64,000 nt of DNA from Truepera sp. (GTDB lineage: Bacteria; Deinococcota; Deinococci; Deinococcales; Trueperaceae), in NCBI GenBank assembly GCA_965218435.1, contig CBDCKW010000009.1, forward strand, positions 3,880,607-3,944,606, read 5' to 3'. Position 1 is the stretch's first letter, and the number at the start of each line of letters is the position of its first letter. Positions 19,548 to 28,871 of this stretch are shown one piece after another. The position numbers and the translations under genes are program-made. The notes below the pieces were generated by a model, which saw only the letters and a list, made by a program, of their open reading frames with translations, searched no databases and was not told the origin of the DNA.

Positions 19548-20411
19548 ATGACTTTAGCCACCGCGTTTGACGTGACGAAAAAAGCACTCCAAGGGTTTGG
19601 CAAACACGAGATGACGACCTACGCGGCGGCCTTGTCGTATCAAGTCTTTTTCTCTCTCTTTCCGTTTCTCATCTTTTTGATCTCACTGCTCGGTTTTTTA
19701 GGGATTCCTGAGTTTTTTAGCTGGTTGCAGCAGCAGGTAACAAACATCGTTCCGGCTCAAGCCGCGCAACAGGTCAATACAGTCATCAGTCAGTTACAGC
19801 AGCCGCAGGGCGGTCTGCTCTCGTTTGGGATTGTCTTGGCGCTCTGGTCGGCTTCGGCGGCGGTGCGGGCGGTGATGAACGCCATCAACACCGCCTACGA
19901 GGTCAAAGAGGGACGTCCGACGTGGAAACTCTACTCTTTGTCGCTGCTGTACACGCTCGGGCTGGCGCTGCTTTTAATCCTTTCCGCCGCGCTGATGATT
20001 CTAGGGCCGCAAGCGGTCACGTGGCTGGGCGTACGACTCGGACTCGGCGGTGTGGTCGTCACCTTATGGAACATCTTGCGTTTGCCACTTCTAATTCTGC
20101 TCCTGACGCTGAGTGTCGCGCTTATCTACTATTTTACGCCCGACGTGCAGCAGCGGTTTCGGCTGATTACGCCCGGTACGGTGGTGGCGGTGGTCGTTTG
20201 GCTGTTAGCGTCGCTCGGGTTTAGCCTCTACGTGCAAAACTTCGCCAACTACAACGCGACCTACGGCAGTTTGGGGGCGATTATCATCTTGCTCTTTTAC
20301 TTTTACCTCTCGGCGGCCATTTTGCTCTTCGGCGCGGAGTTAAACGCGGTGCTCGAGGACCGCCGCACCGACGGCAAAAACCTGGGCGAAAAAACGTTGC
20401 CGAACGCATGA
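19548..20411 (+). CDS. YihY/virulence factor BrkB family membrane protein
   Basis: AAALSYQVFFSLFPFL, NYNATYGSLG, GAELNA. Confidence 0.93.
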   Translation: MTLATAFDVTKKALQGFGKHEMTTYAAALSYQVFFSLFPFLIFLISLLGFLGIPEFFSWLQQQVTNIVPAQAAQQVNTVISQLQQPQGGLLSFGIVLALWSASAAVRAVMNAINTAYEVKEGRPTWKLYSLSLLYTLGLALLLILSAALMILGPQAVTWLGVRLGLGGVVVTLWNILRLPLLILLLTLSVALIYYFTPDVQQRFRLITPGTVVAVVVWLLASLGFSLYVQNFANYNATYGSLGAIIILLFYFYLSAAILLFGAELNAVLEDRRTDGKNLGEKTLPNA

Positions 20412-20899
20412 CGAGTCTGGTAAACGGTATCATCATCGTTTTGGGTGCGCCTAACGACGCCTCGGGGAACTTGTCGAGCATCGCCGTAGAAAGGTGTCTG
20501 GAAGCCGCCGCAGTTTATCGGCGTCAGACCGGATTTAGGGTCTTACCAACGGGCGGGTTTGGCGACTTTAACCCAGCAAACAAGCCGCACGCACACTACA
20601 CCCGCAGCTTTTTGTTGGCGCTGGGCGTCTCTGCCGAGGATATTTTAGAACCTGCACTAAGTCGGTTTACGCTCGAGGACGCTACCCTTTCTCAACCTGT
20701 CGTGGTTCAGCATAGCGTCAAAGACCTTATCGTTGTGACCTCGGACTTTCACCGTAAAAGAGTTGAGCTGATTTTTAGGCGAACGTTTGCGGGCTACAAT
20801 TTGTCGTTTAAAGGTAGCAAAACAAACTTGCCCCGAACAGAACTCAGCGCCCTACTTCACCATGAAGAAAAAGCTATCGCCCGGTTAGAGTGCCGCTGA
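20408..20899 (+). CDS. YdcF/DUF218 family protein
   Basis: IIVLG, PTGG, SRFTLEDA, VVTSDFH. Confidence 0.85.
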   Translation: MTSLVNGIIIVLGAPNDASGNLSSIAVERCLEAAAVYRRQTGFRVLPTGGFGDFNPANKPHAHYTRSFLLALGVSAEDILEPALSRFTLEDATLSQPVVVQHSVKDLIVVTSDFHRKRVELIFRRTFAGYNLSFKGSKTNLPRTELSALLHHEEKAIARLECR

Positions 20900-21262
20900 G
20901 GTCTCTTTCTCTAAAGTTTACACTGCTGCAACGCGTGGTTCAGCCCGCCCACCCGGTACCAGTGGTAGCCGTGTGCCCCTGGTACAATCCGGTGAACGTC
21001 CCCTTGCCTCGCTCGGCTCAGTTAAGTTGACCAATACTTCACTCCCCGGCCCGTCTAGTTTGAAATCAAGCTCGAGCGGTTCCCCTGCAAAGTTGTGCAA
21101 AGTAATTGGGGCGTTCAAGGTCTCCAAGTCGAGGCTGTAAGTCACGGCGTTTTTGTACCGGAGGTCTCGGGTCATGAGGTATTCGTTTCGGGTTGTACCT
21201 TTTGACTTGGGGTTCGCTACCTTTTTGGAGAGGGCAGGCTGATATATCCGCTTTGGTAAAAG

Positions 21263-22219
21263 CTAACGTATTAGGCGGCCTTGATCCCCCCCAAGTAGCT
21301 GCTCCAATTCTGTTCTCGAGGTACTCACCATATCGCCGTGCTGGGAGAGTGCCAGAGCTGCTAACACGGTGCCGCGTCTCATCCCCTCAACAATATCCCC
21401 GTCTAAAAAACCGTCGATCACGCCCGCCGTAAACGCGTCGCCTGCGCCGAGGCGGTCTATGATCTCAGCAGCCCCGGCGCTGACTTGAATCAGCTCTCCG
21501 CCAACCAGCGTCGCTGAACCCGCGCCCGAACGGGTGAGCACCACGTGCGCCGCGCCCGAGAGGTCGTGTAGCTGCTGCAGCGTAGCCTTGGGGGAGCCTG
21601 AAATACCGAACACTGTATGTGCGTCACCCTCACCGCAGATGAGAATGTCAACATTTTTTAAGACAGGCGTCAGTTTTTCCCTGGCAGTTTCCGCCGACCA
21701 GAGTTTGCTGCGGTAGTTCACATCGAAGCTCGTCGTGATATCTTTGTCTCTCGCCTGTTCACAAGCCTCTTGCACAACGTCGTAACAGCCCTGACTCAGC
21801 GCCGCCGTAATACCCGTCAGGTGAAGCACGCGGGTATCGAGGAGATAGTTCCAGTCCACGTCTTTGGGGGTCAAGGTGCTGACGGCGGCGTCGGCCCGGT
21901 CGTAAATCACGTGAACGGCGCGCGGCGGGGCGGCAAACTCTACATAATAGGTGCCTACCCTGCCCGCTTTAAGCACCACGGCGCGGCTGTCAATGCGGGC
22001 CGCCGCCAGTTCGCGCAAGATAAACCCGCCCAGGTCATCCTCCGGTAAGGCGCTCACCCAGCCGCAACTCCGACCGAGCGCGCTCAGCGCCCCCAACACG
22101 TTGGTCTCAGCGCCCCCGGCGTGAACATCTAGTTGCTGCATTTTGGTCAAGCGGTGTCCGGGGGGCGTGCTCAGGCGGAGCATCGTTTCACCAAAGGCTG
22201 TCACTTCAAAGCTGGGCAC
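21263..22219 (-). CDS. kdgK: PfkB-family sugar kinase (2-keto-3-deoxygluconate kinase-like)
   Basis: GGAETNV, FDVNYRSKLW, DRLGAGDAF; coupled to a KDPG aldolase. Confidence 0.85.
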   Translation of the reverse strand: MPSFEVTAFGETMLRLSTPPGHRLTKMQQLDVHAGGAETNVLGALSALGRSCGWVSALPEDDLGGFILRELAAARIDSRAVVLKAGRVGTYYVEFAAPPRAVHVIYDRADAAVSTLTPKDVDWNYLLDTRVLHLTGITAALSQGCYDVVQEACEQARDKDITTSFDVNYRSKLWSAETAREKLTPVLKNVDILICGEGDAHTVFGISGSPKATLQQLHDLSGAAHVVLTRSGAGSATLVGGELIQVSAGAAEIIDRLGAGDAFTAGVIDGFLDGDIVEGMRRGTVLAALALSQHGDMVSTSRTELEQLLGGDQGRLIR

Positions 22220-22886
22220 TGGAAACCTGGGTGCCGGGAACTTGGGTACCGGCCCTCGCTTCTGCGAGTGTACGAGTCAGCACCGTAGCGCGTCCCTTCA
22301 GCGCGCCCAGCTCTTCGGGCGTGATGGCGACGTTTTGGACGAGCGCACTCCCGACGCCGAACGCAACTGCTCCGGCCCGGTGAAAGTCGGTGATGGTTTT
22401 AGCGGTGACGCCGCCTGTAGGGATAAAGTCAATGTGCTCCAAGGGTGCCCGCAGAGCTTTGAGATAAGCGGGACCGCCTGTGTCGGCAGGAAAGAGCTTA
22501 ACTGTGCTGCAGCCTGCCGCAAACGCCGCTTGCGCTTCAGAAGCCGTAAAGACACCCGGCAGGAGTAGCACATTTTGCTGCGCCGCCACCCTTACTGAAG
22601 GCAGGTCTAAGCAGGGCGCGATTAAAAATGACGCGCCCGCGTCTACCGCTTTTGTCACGTCCTCAGCTGCCCTAACGGTGCCCGCGCCGACGAGTAGGTC
22701 AGGGCCGAACTGACGCTGCAACTCGGGGATGGCCGTGAGTGCGTGGGCGCTGTTGAGCGTTACCTCGGCAATTCTGACGCCGCCCGCGAGCAGAGCTTCG
22801 GCAAGCTGCAGGGTCTCTTTGACGCTAAACGTGCCCCGAATGATGCTGATCAGCCCGTCTTCGTAGAGTTGGTGTTTGACTTGCAT
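22206..22886 (-). CDS. eda: KDPG/KHG aldolase
   Basis: EVTLNS, GAGTV, VKLFPA, PTGGV. Start set at MQVKHQ. Confidence 0.9.
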   Translation of the reverse strand: MQVKHQLYEDGLISIIRGTFSVKETLQLAEALLAGGVRIAEVTLNSAHALTAIPELQRQFGPDLLVGAGTVRAAEDVTKAVDAGASFLIAPCLDLPSVRVAAQQNVLLLPGVFTASEAQAAFAAGCSTVKLFPADTGGPAYLKALRAPLEHIDFIPTGGVTAKTITDFHRAGAVAFGVGSALVQNVAITPEELGALKGRATVLTRTLAEARAGTQVPGTQVSSAQL

Positions 22887-23081
22887 CTGTACTCCGTTCT
22901 CAAACTTGTCTGAACGCTGGGCCTCGAGCTTGCCCAGAATCACGATCACATCACCTGCGGCAACGCGTCTGCGCATAACGCTAGGTTCTATGTTTCGAGG
23001 CTCTTTATCCGGTTCTTTGTCTTTTCACTGTACGGTTATCATAAACTCCTTACAACCTGAAGGCAAAGCAGTACACGCTAA

Positions 23082-23112
23082 AAGTGCAGCCCCAAGTATT
23101 CGGGCTGCACTT
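23082..23112 (-). terminator. Hairpin terminator downstream of tRNA-Lys
   Basis: AAGTGCAGCCC...GGGCTGCACTT. Confidence 0.7.
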
Positions 23113-23138
23113 AATTTGTACCTCTCTAACCGTTTCCT

Positions 23139-23214
<76 letters not shown>

Positions 23215-23277
23215 AAGGCTTACAGCTTACTGTTTGTGCCTCCGGTCGAGTGTCGGCTGCAGTCCGGTATTAGGGTT

Positions 23278-24846
23278 TTACAGCTCGAGCCGCCGCTCAG
23301 TCGTCCGCTCTAACAAATACGCGTCATGAGAGACCAGCAGAAGCGTGCCGGGAAAGTCTGTTAGGGCGGCCTCGAGCATCTCTACACTGACGTAGTCTAA
23401 GTGCGTCGTCGGTTCGTCTAAGACAAGCACGTTGGGACGCGCCAAGATAAGCTGCGCGAGCCGAACTTTGCGTTTTTGCCCCTCGCTGAGCGCCGCTAAA
23501 GGTTGCGCGAACGCTTCGCCGGAGACGCCGAGTGCGCCCAACAAGATGCGGGCAGGGGGTCCGTCAGCCTCGGTAAACTGAGTTCTTAGAGGTTCGGCGT
23601 CGTGGGCGCTGTCGTAGCGTTGCGGCAAATAGCCGATCACTGCGTCCTTATCCCAAGTGACGCGACCTGTGCTCTCTAAACCTAAAAGCGTACGCAGCAA
23701 GGTCGTTTTGCCTGCGCCGTTGGCCCCGGCTAGCGCCCACCGTTCGCCGTACGCCAAGTTGAGCGAAACTTTCTTGTTAAGAACAGATACGTCCTCAACG
23801 CTCAAGCACACCCCGGCGGGTAGCTCAGGCGGTTCAAACGCCACCGCGTAACGTTTTTCAACCCACGGTTTGCTCTCTTCGAGGTCTTCAATCCGCCCCT
23901 GCAACCGCGCTTTGGCCTGCAGCCCGCGCCGCATCAAGCGGGCCGCTCTCGCTCCGACAAATCCTTTATCAACCGGCCCTTCGGATTTGACCCGAGACTT
24001 TTCTTTTTCTTTACGTGCGCCCCACACCTTATAGGTGCGCTCCTGCTCTTTGAGTCCTACAATCTCGCGCTTTAACTTGTCACTTTTTTTGACCTTTGCC
24101 GCGTACTCGGTTTCTTTTTGTGCCCAAAAGCTCGAGTAATTGCCCCGGTAGCGCCTCAAGGTGCCGCGTTCCAGCTCGAGCACACCGTCTACCGTCTCGT
24201 CTAAAAACCGCCGGTCGTGCGAGACGATCAGGCACGCAGCTTCCGTCTCCCGGATTTTGCGGGTCAGATACGCCGTGGCGCGTTCGTCGAGATAATTGGT
24301 CGGTTCGTCGAGCAGATAAAGTGCTTGCGGGCGGGCCAACGCTGCGGCGAGGCGCAGAAGCCGCCGTTCACCCCCGGAAAGCTCAGACAGCGGGCGTTCT
24401 AAGAGGTCGGGAGCGTAACCGAGTGCGCCGAGTTCAGCTTGCAGGGACGCCTCCAAGTCGTACCCGCCCAGTTCAGCAAAGTCGGTGAGCAGTTCGGCGT
24501 AACGGAGCGGGTCGGGAACCCCGGCGGCCTCGAGCCGGGACAGCTCTACCCGTAGTGGCCCGAGGTCGGGATAAGTTGCTAAAGCGGCGTCTAAAACGGT
24601 TTGCCGACCCGTCAGCGCGTCCTCTTGCTGCAGGTAAAGTGATTCGGCGTGCGCAGTCAGCTGTCCGGTTTGTAGAGGTAGGGTGCCGGATAAAAGCTCC
24701 AATAAGGTGGTTTTACCCGAGCCGTTGACGCCTAAAAGCGCCACGTGGTCGCCCGCGTAAAGGGTCAGCTCGAGCCCTACAAACAGCGGCTCGGGTTGCG
24801 CGGGGTAGCGGTAAGCAAGGCCGGAAGCCTGGAGGATCAGAGACAC
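23278..24846 (-). CDS. ABC-F family ATPase (ribosomal protection-like)
   Basis: Two NBDs (GVNGSGKT/LSGGE/LDEPTN and GANGAGKT/LSEGQ/LDEPTT), no TM, long basic linker; GTG 24846 after GGAAGAGG. Confidence 0.9.
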   Translation of the reverse strand: MSLILQASGLAYRYPAQPEPLFVGLELTLYAGDHVALLGVNGSGKTTLLELLSGTLPLQTGQLTAHAESLYLQQEDALTGRQTVLDAALATYPDLGPLRVELSRLEAAGVPDPLRYAELLTDFAELGGYDLEASLQAELGALGYAPDLLERPLSELSGGERRLLRLAAALARPQALYLLDEPTNYLDERATAYLTRKIRETEAACLIVSHDRRFLDETVDGVLELERGTLRRYRGNYSSFWAQKETEYAAKVKKSDKLKREIVGLKEQERTYKVWGARKEKEKSRVKSEGPVDKGFVGARAARLMRRGLQAKARLQGRIEDLEESKPWVEKRYAVAFEPPELPAGVCLSVEDVSVLNKKVSLNLAYGERWALAGANGAGKTTLLRTLLGLESTGRVTWDKDAVIGYLPQRYDSAHDAEPLRTQFTEADGPPARILLGALGVSGEAFAQPLAALSEGQKRKVRLAQLILARPNVLVLDEPTTHLDYVSVEMLEAALTDFPGTLLLVSHDAYLLERTTERRLEL

Positions 24847-24966
24847 AAAAAACCTCTTCCATACACAAGAAAACGGTGCTTGCATTTGCAGCAAGCCGGG
24901 ACTATCTGGGTAGGAAAAGGTTAGTCGCGCATAAAAGCCGAACGGGTCGGCGGGGTCAGTATAGCA
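24847..24966 (-). promoter_or_regulatory. ABC-F 5' leader: extended -10, mini-ORF MRD*, hairpin
   Basis: TG-C-TATACT (24966-24958), ATG CGC GAC TAA (24932-24921), GCTTGC...GCAAGC stem followed by a T-rich stretch. Confidence 0.5.
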
Positions 24967-25087
24967 AATTTGTCGGCCGTAACGTATTGACAGCCGCTTT
25001 TATCTTTGTCTTCTGAGCCGTAAGGAACGTTATAGCTCCTAAACTACCGACTTCTAAATCCTCTATTCTGCATTCTTACTTCTTCTA

Positions 25088-25227
25088 TAAATGTTCTGCG
25101 TAATAAGCCCACAAAGTATGTTTTACAGCGTGCTGAACAGCAAAAATTTGCTTGTGAGGCTCGAGGGGTTAGCTGTCTTGTCCTGAACGAAGATAGCCGT
25201 TTTTCTCACTATTTCGCAGAAGATTTA
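25088..25227. mobile_element. 140-bp MITE with termini of the IS5-like element at 42578-43629
   Basis: TAAATGTTCTGCGTAATA ... TATTTCGCAGAAGATTTA match TAAATCATCTGCGAAATA at 15/18 and 17/18. Confidence 0.75.
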
Positions 25228-25275
25228 ATGTGACCCATTGCAAACGCTACCAACTAGAACAGCGGCGGCACCTAG

Positions 25276-26428
25276 CAGGGCTTACGCATGTAGAGACAGT
25301 GTCCTAGCATAAGGGATGGTTGAAGAAGAGCTACCAAAGTTACTAGCACATTTTACTGTTGTGCCTAATCCAAGAGCGCATAACGTTTGCCATAAGCTTG
25401 AAGACATCTTGGTCATTGCTATCTGCGCGGTTATCTGCGGTGCCGACTCGTTTACCGAGGTTGAACAGTACGCTCAGGGCAACCGAGCATGGCTAAAGAC
25501 CTTTTTAGAACTCTCTAATGGCGTTCCGAGTCATGACACCTTTAGACGGGCGTTTATGCTGCTCGACGCTCAAGCATGGCAAGGTGTGTTTTTCAATTGG
25601 ACGCGCAAGCTGGCGCTGGCAGAAACGACGAGTCCAACAGAAGTGCGAGCGGTAGGCGGTAAATGGTCACGTTCAAGTGGCTTACATTTCCCGAAGGACC
25701 GAGCGAAGCGTACGGTAAGCGTCTGGGCAAGTGAGCAGCACGTGGTCTTAGCCTAACAGCAAGTAGCTGACAAAACCAATGAAATCACAGTTATGCCTGA
25801 GCTTTTAGAAGTCCTCGACCTTGCTGGTACCACTGTGACCATAGACGCTGCTGGCACGCAAAAGCAGATTGCCTGGGTGATTCGGGAACATCATGCCGAC
25901 TCTGTGCTGGCACTTAAAGCCAATCACAAGCACCTGTTCGACGATGTTCAGTGGTTGTTTGCCCAGCATAGCGACCTACCGCACTGGTCTACCAGCAGCA
26001 AGGGTCATGGACGTACAGAGACCAGAGACACGTGGCTACTTACTGATCTTAGCTTCTTGGAAAACGTTGCCGCTTGGCGTGACCTTGCAGGGGTTGCACG
26101 CATCAGGAGTACACGGGAGATTAGAGGAGAAGTTACTGTGCATGACCGTTATCTTACCAGTTTGACCGACGCTGAAACCCTCGCTTATGCGGTGCGTTCA
26201 CATTGGGGCATTGAAAACAGTCTGCACTGGACTCTCGACGTCGCGTTTAGCGAAGACTAGAGCAGAGCTAGAACCCAGCACGCCCAAGCAAACCTCGTCA
26301 CCCTACGGCATCTGGCCTTGAATCAACTTAAACAAGAAAAAACCTTGAAAGCCAGCGTTAAAGCTAAACGCATGAGAGCAGGTTGGGATGACGACTATTT
26401 GCTTAAAGTTCTATATGCGTAAGCCCTG
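25276..26428 (+). mobile_element. ISAs1-family insertion sequence
   Basis: 19-bp TIRs CAGGGCTTACGCAT(G/A)TAGA; 10-bp target duplication C(G/A)GCACCTAG at 25266-25275 and 26429-26438. Confidence 0.92.
25316..26422 (+). pseudogene. ISAs1 transposase pseudogene
   Basis: PSHDTF, NEIT, TIDAAG, HWGIENSLHW motifs in one frame; in-frame stops at 25754 (TAA) and 26258 (TAG). Confidence 0.92.
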
Positions 26429-26434
26429 CAGCAC

Positions 26435-26740
26435 CTAGTATTCCGGCGGCACATAGACGTTGAGTGTCTCGAGCGGTCCCTCGCCGGTATTACGGATTTC
26501 GTGGGTTTCACCTGCTTCGATCACGGTAAGCGAGTGCGGTTTAAGTTCTGCGTGCTGACCGGCAACCGTGGCCTCACCGGAGCCGGAAACGACAAACAGC
26601 CACTGGGCGCTGCTTTCGTGAACGTTGTCGTCACCGCCGACGGTTTCACCTGGAGCGAGGGTCATCACAGCGACTTGAGCGTATTCGGTAGCTAGGCACA
26701 CTTTGAAAGCATAGTTGAACTCGAGCTGGGTCTGTTTCAT
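26435..26740 (-). CDS. Cupin domain protein
   Basis: H..S.QWLFVVSGSG..IEAGETHEIRNTG; leaderless TACACT-N6-ATG. Confidence 0.9.
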   Translation of the reverse strand: MKQTQLEFNYAFKVCLATEYAQVAVMTLAPGETVGGDDNVHESSAQWLFVVSGSGEATVAGQHAELKPHSLTVIEAGETHEIRNTGEGPLETLNVYVPPEY

Positions 26741-26924
26741 CCCTTTAGTGTAAGGGCTCGGTTCGGTCTAGGTTTAGAGCATAAATTACCCAAATCAGCT
26801 GTACAAAGCTACCCAAGTGCTTAAAAGTTGTTAACTTAACACTGCTGGCAAAAGCTAATTTTTTCACGCGAGTAGGGCCGAAAACTTCACGTTCGGTGTG
26901 TTTTGTAGGCTCTAAAGTAGCGTC

Positions 26925-27074
26925 ATGACGCTCCTCCCAGATGTGCCTGTGGTCGTGGTCATCGTTCACGTCGCTGCGCTCGCCGCGCTCCTGACCCACG
27001 CAGTTGTAACGAGTTGGCAGCGCCTCACGCTGCTCCGGCAAAACGGTACGGATTCGCAAGATTCTCTGAAGTAG
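26925..27074 (+). CDS. Small 49-aa single-pass membrane protein (not in ORF track)
   Basis: MTLLPDVPVVVVIVHVAALAALLTHAVVTSWQRLTLLRQNGTDSQDSLK; TAAAGT-N6-ATG. Confidence 0.5.
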   Translation: MTLLPDVPVVVVIVHVAALAALLTHAVVTSWQRLTLLRQNGTDSQDSLK

Positions 27075-27113
27075 CGTGACAAGCTTACAAAGCCGGCTCA
27101 GACCTACACTATG

Positions 27114-27146
27114 AAAAGCGCCCCGGTTACGAGCGGGACGCTTTTT
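27114..27146. terminator. Bidirectional hairpin terminator
   Basis: AAAAGCGCCCCG...CGGGACGCTTTTT between the small ORF and the tRNA-Gln pair. Confidence 0.7.
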
Positions 27147-27173
27147 AACTTGCCGTGCTAGACGACCCTGTTG

Positions 27174-27247
27174 TGGCTGGGGCGTAGGGACTCGAACCCC
27201 AATTAACGGAACCAAAATCCGCGGTCCTGCCGTTAGACGACGCCCCA
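27174..27247 (-). tRNA. tRNA-Gln (TTG)
   Basis: TGGGGCGTCGTCTAACGG...GGATT-TTG-GTTCC...GTTCGA...GCCA. Confidence 0.96.
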
Positions 27248-27260
27248 ATGGGGTTTGGGC

Positions 27261-27334
27261 TGGCTGGGGTGTAGGGACTCGAACCCCAATTGACGGAACC
27301 AGAATCCGCAGTCCTGCCGTTAGACGACACCCCA
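27261..27334 (-). tRNA. tRNA-Gln (CTG)
   Basis: TGGGGTGTCGTCTAACGG...GGATT-CTG-GTTCC...GCCA. Confidence 0.96.
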
Positions 27335-27375
27335 CCAAACGCAAAGGTTATCTTATAAAGCTTGGTCTAAGGCTG

Positions 27376-28071
27376 TCAACTCTGTTCGACGTCAAGCACG
27401 ACTTTGACGTTGCCCTTACGTGTCTCGCCCTGCACTTCTAAAACTGAAAAACGCCCCAGCCCTTCGGCGTACACCTCGTCACCGAGGGCGGCGCTGCTCG
27501 ACTTTCCGGCGGGGCGACCGTTCAGTGAGACGCGGCCCCCGGCGATCCCTTTGGCAAAGTAGGCCCTCGATACCCGAAACGCCTTTGCGCCCAGCACGTC
27601 AACCCTAAGAGACGGCACGATGACCTGTTGCTGGCGCTCCCGCCCCCGGGCGAGCCTCGAGAGCTCGACCTCTTGCACCGTAACGGGCCTTCCGCCGACG
27701 TGGGTGAGCTTTAACGCTGCAGCTTTAGCCCCAGGTAAAACGACGACGCTGAGGCCGTCTTGATGCGGCAGCACGTCGCCAATCTGGTCTTTGTCTACCT
27801 CGGCCGCCCGAAGCGCCGCGAGCAGGTCGCCTTCGCTCGGTGCGCCGTTTACATAAAGTGCCGCAAGAGGCGTCGTCGCCCCCGGAATGTGCTCCGGGTA
27901 AGCGGTCAGCACGCGCCTTTGGGCTCCGGTGACGCCGCCCTCGGCTTGGCTGTTGACCCCGGCGTCTCGCAGCCGTGCCCCGAGTTGCGCGGCGGCGTCA
28001 GGGTCTAAAAAGGTCGTGTGCGCGACGCGGCCCCCGCGCACGGCGGCTTGTAAACGTTCAAAGTCCGTCAC
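27376..28071 (-). CDS. YlmH/Sll1252-like S4 RNA-binding protein
   Basis: TFLDP, IGDV, SLRVDVLGAKAFRVSR, GETRKG. Confidence 0.88.
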   Translation of the reverse strand: MTDFERLQAAVRGGRVAHTTFLDPDAAAQLGARLRDAGVNSQAEGGVTGAQRRVLTAYPEHIPGATTPLAALYVNGAPSEGDLLAALRAAEVDKDQIGDVLPHQDGLSVVVLPGAKAAALKLTHVGGRPVTVQEVELSRLARGRERQQQVIVPSLRVDVLGAKAFRVSRAYFAKGIAGGRVSLNGRPAGKSSSAALGDEVYAEGLGRFSVLEVQGETRKGNVKVVLDVEQS

Positions 28072-28727
28072 GCGCCTTCGCCCGTATCTTTATCGTCATA
28101 ACGGATGTCTTTGACCTCGAGCCCCGCTTCTTTAAGCCGCTCGGGAAACTCCGCTGACCCGTCACCGATAACACGCAGTACGAGTTCGCGGTGACTGCCC
28201 GCCTGCACCCCGGCGGTGACGACTGCGATGATGTTCGACGGCGTAGCCGCGCTCGCCGCCCGCGCCAACACCCCCGGTTCATCGGGCAAACTCACTGTGA
28301 CGCGGGTGCCGCCCTCGCGCAGCCCCAACATCGCTACAAACGCCCGGAGCAGGTCGGTAATCGTAAGCATCCCGGTAAGCTTGCCCCCGTCAACGACCGG
28401 CAACCCCGAAATCTTGTGCTCTTCCATCAATAAGGACGCCTGCTCTACGGGGTCGTGAGGGGAAACTGTCACGACCGGTTTGGTCATCACCTCACGGACG
28501 ACGAGCTTGCTGAGCAGGTAGTTGAGTTCGTAAACCGACAGGGTATTGGCCGACGACGGCGTGGCGTTTTTGAGGTCGCGGTCGGTCACAATACCGACCA
28601 AGCGGTTCCCGTCTACGACCGGCAAGCGGCGATACCCGCCTTTACGCAAGAGCTGCATCGCCTCCATCACCGGGGTTTTGCTGCTGACGCTTTGCGGCGT
28701 CGGGGTCATCCACTGGGCTACGAGCAT
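28068..28727 (-). CDS. CBS-pair plus ACT domain protein (AcuB-like)
   Basis: RRLPVVD..GIVTDRDL, ISGLPVVD, DEPGVLA. Confidence 0.9.
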   Translation of the reverse strand: MLVAQWMTPTPQSVSSKTPVMEAMQLLRKGGYRRLPVVDGNRLVGIVTDRDLKNATPSSANTLSVYELNYLLSKLVVREVMTKPVVTVSPHDPVEQASLLMEEHKISGLPVVDGGKLTGMLTITDLLRAFVAMLGLREGGTRVTVSLPDEPGVLARAASAATPSNIIAVVTAGVQAGSHRELVLRVIGDGSAEFPERLKEAGLEVKDIRYDDKDTGEGA

Positions 28728-28871
28728 AAGGTTGCTTTCATAAGGTTACTTGCATAGGGTCACTCGAGCTGTTATAGGTAGGGTCATAAACGTCCAATTC
28801 TACCGAATAACGTCTCCGGCGTGGGCGGTTGGCGATTGCGTCTCTCTATGCATAAGGGTAAGAATGACCGG

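Noticed and set aside
20918..21175. 85-aa ORF
   Set aside because: No recognisable motif, RBS or leaderless -10; could be a fragment.
25754..26260. Programmed readthrough or recoding of the ISAs1 stops
   Set aside because: Two different stop types plus other degenerative changes indicate ordinary pseudogenisation.
26745..27344. 199-aa and 61-aa ORFs with internal repeats
   Set aside because: They overlap the two tandem tRNA-Gln genes; the repeat is the tRNA pair.
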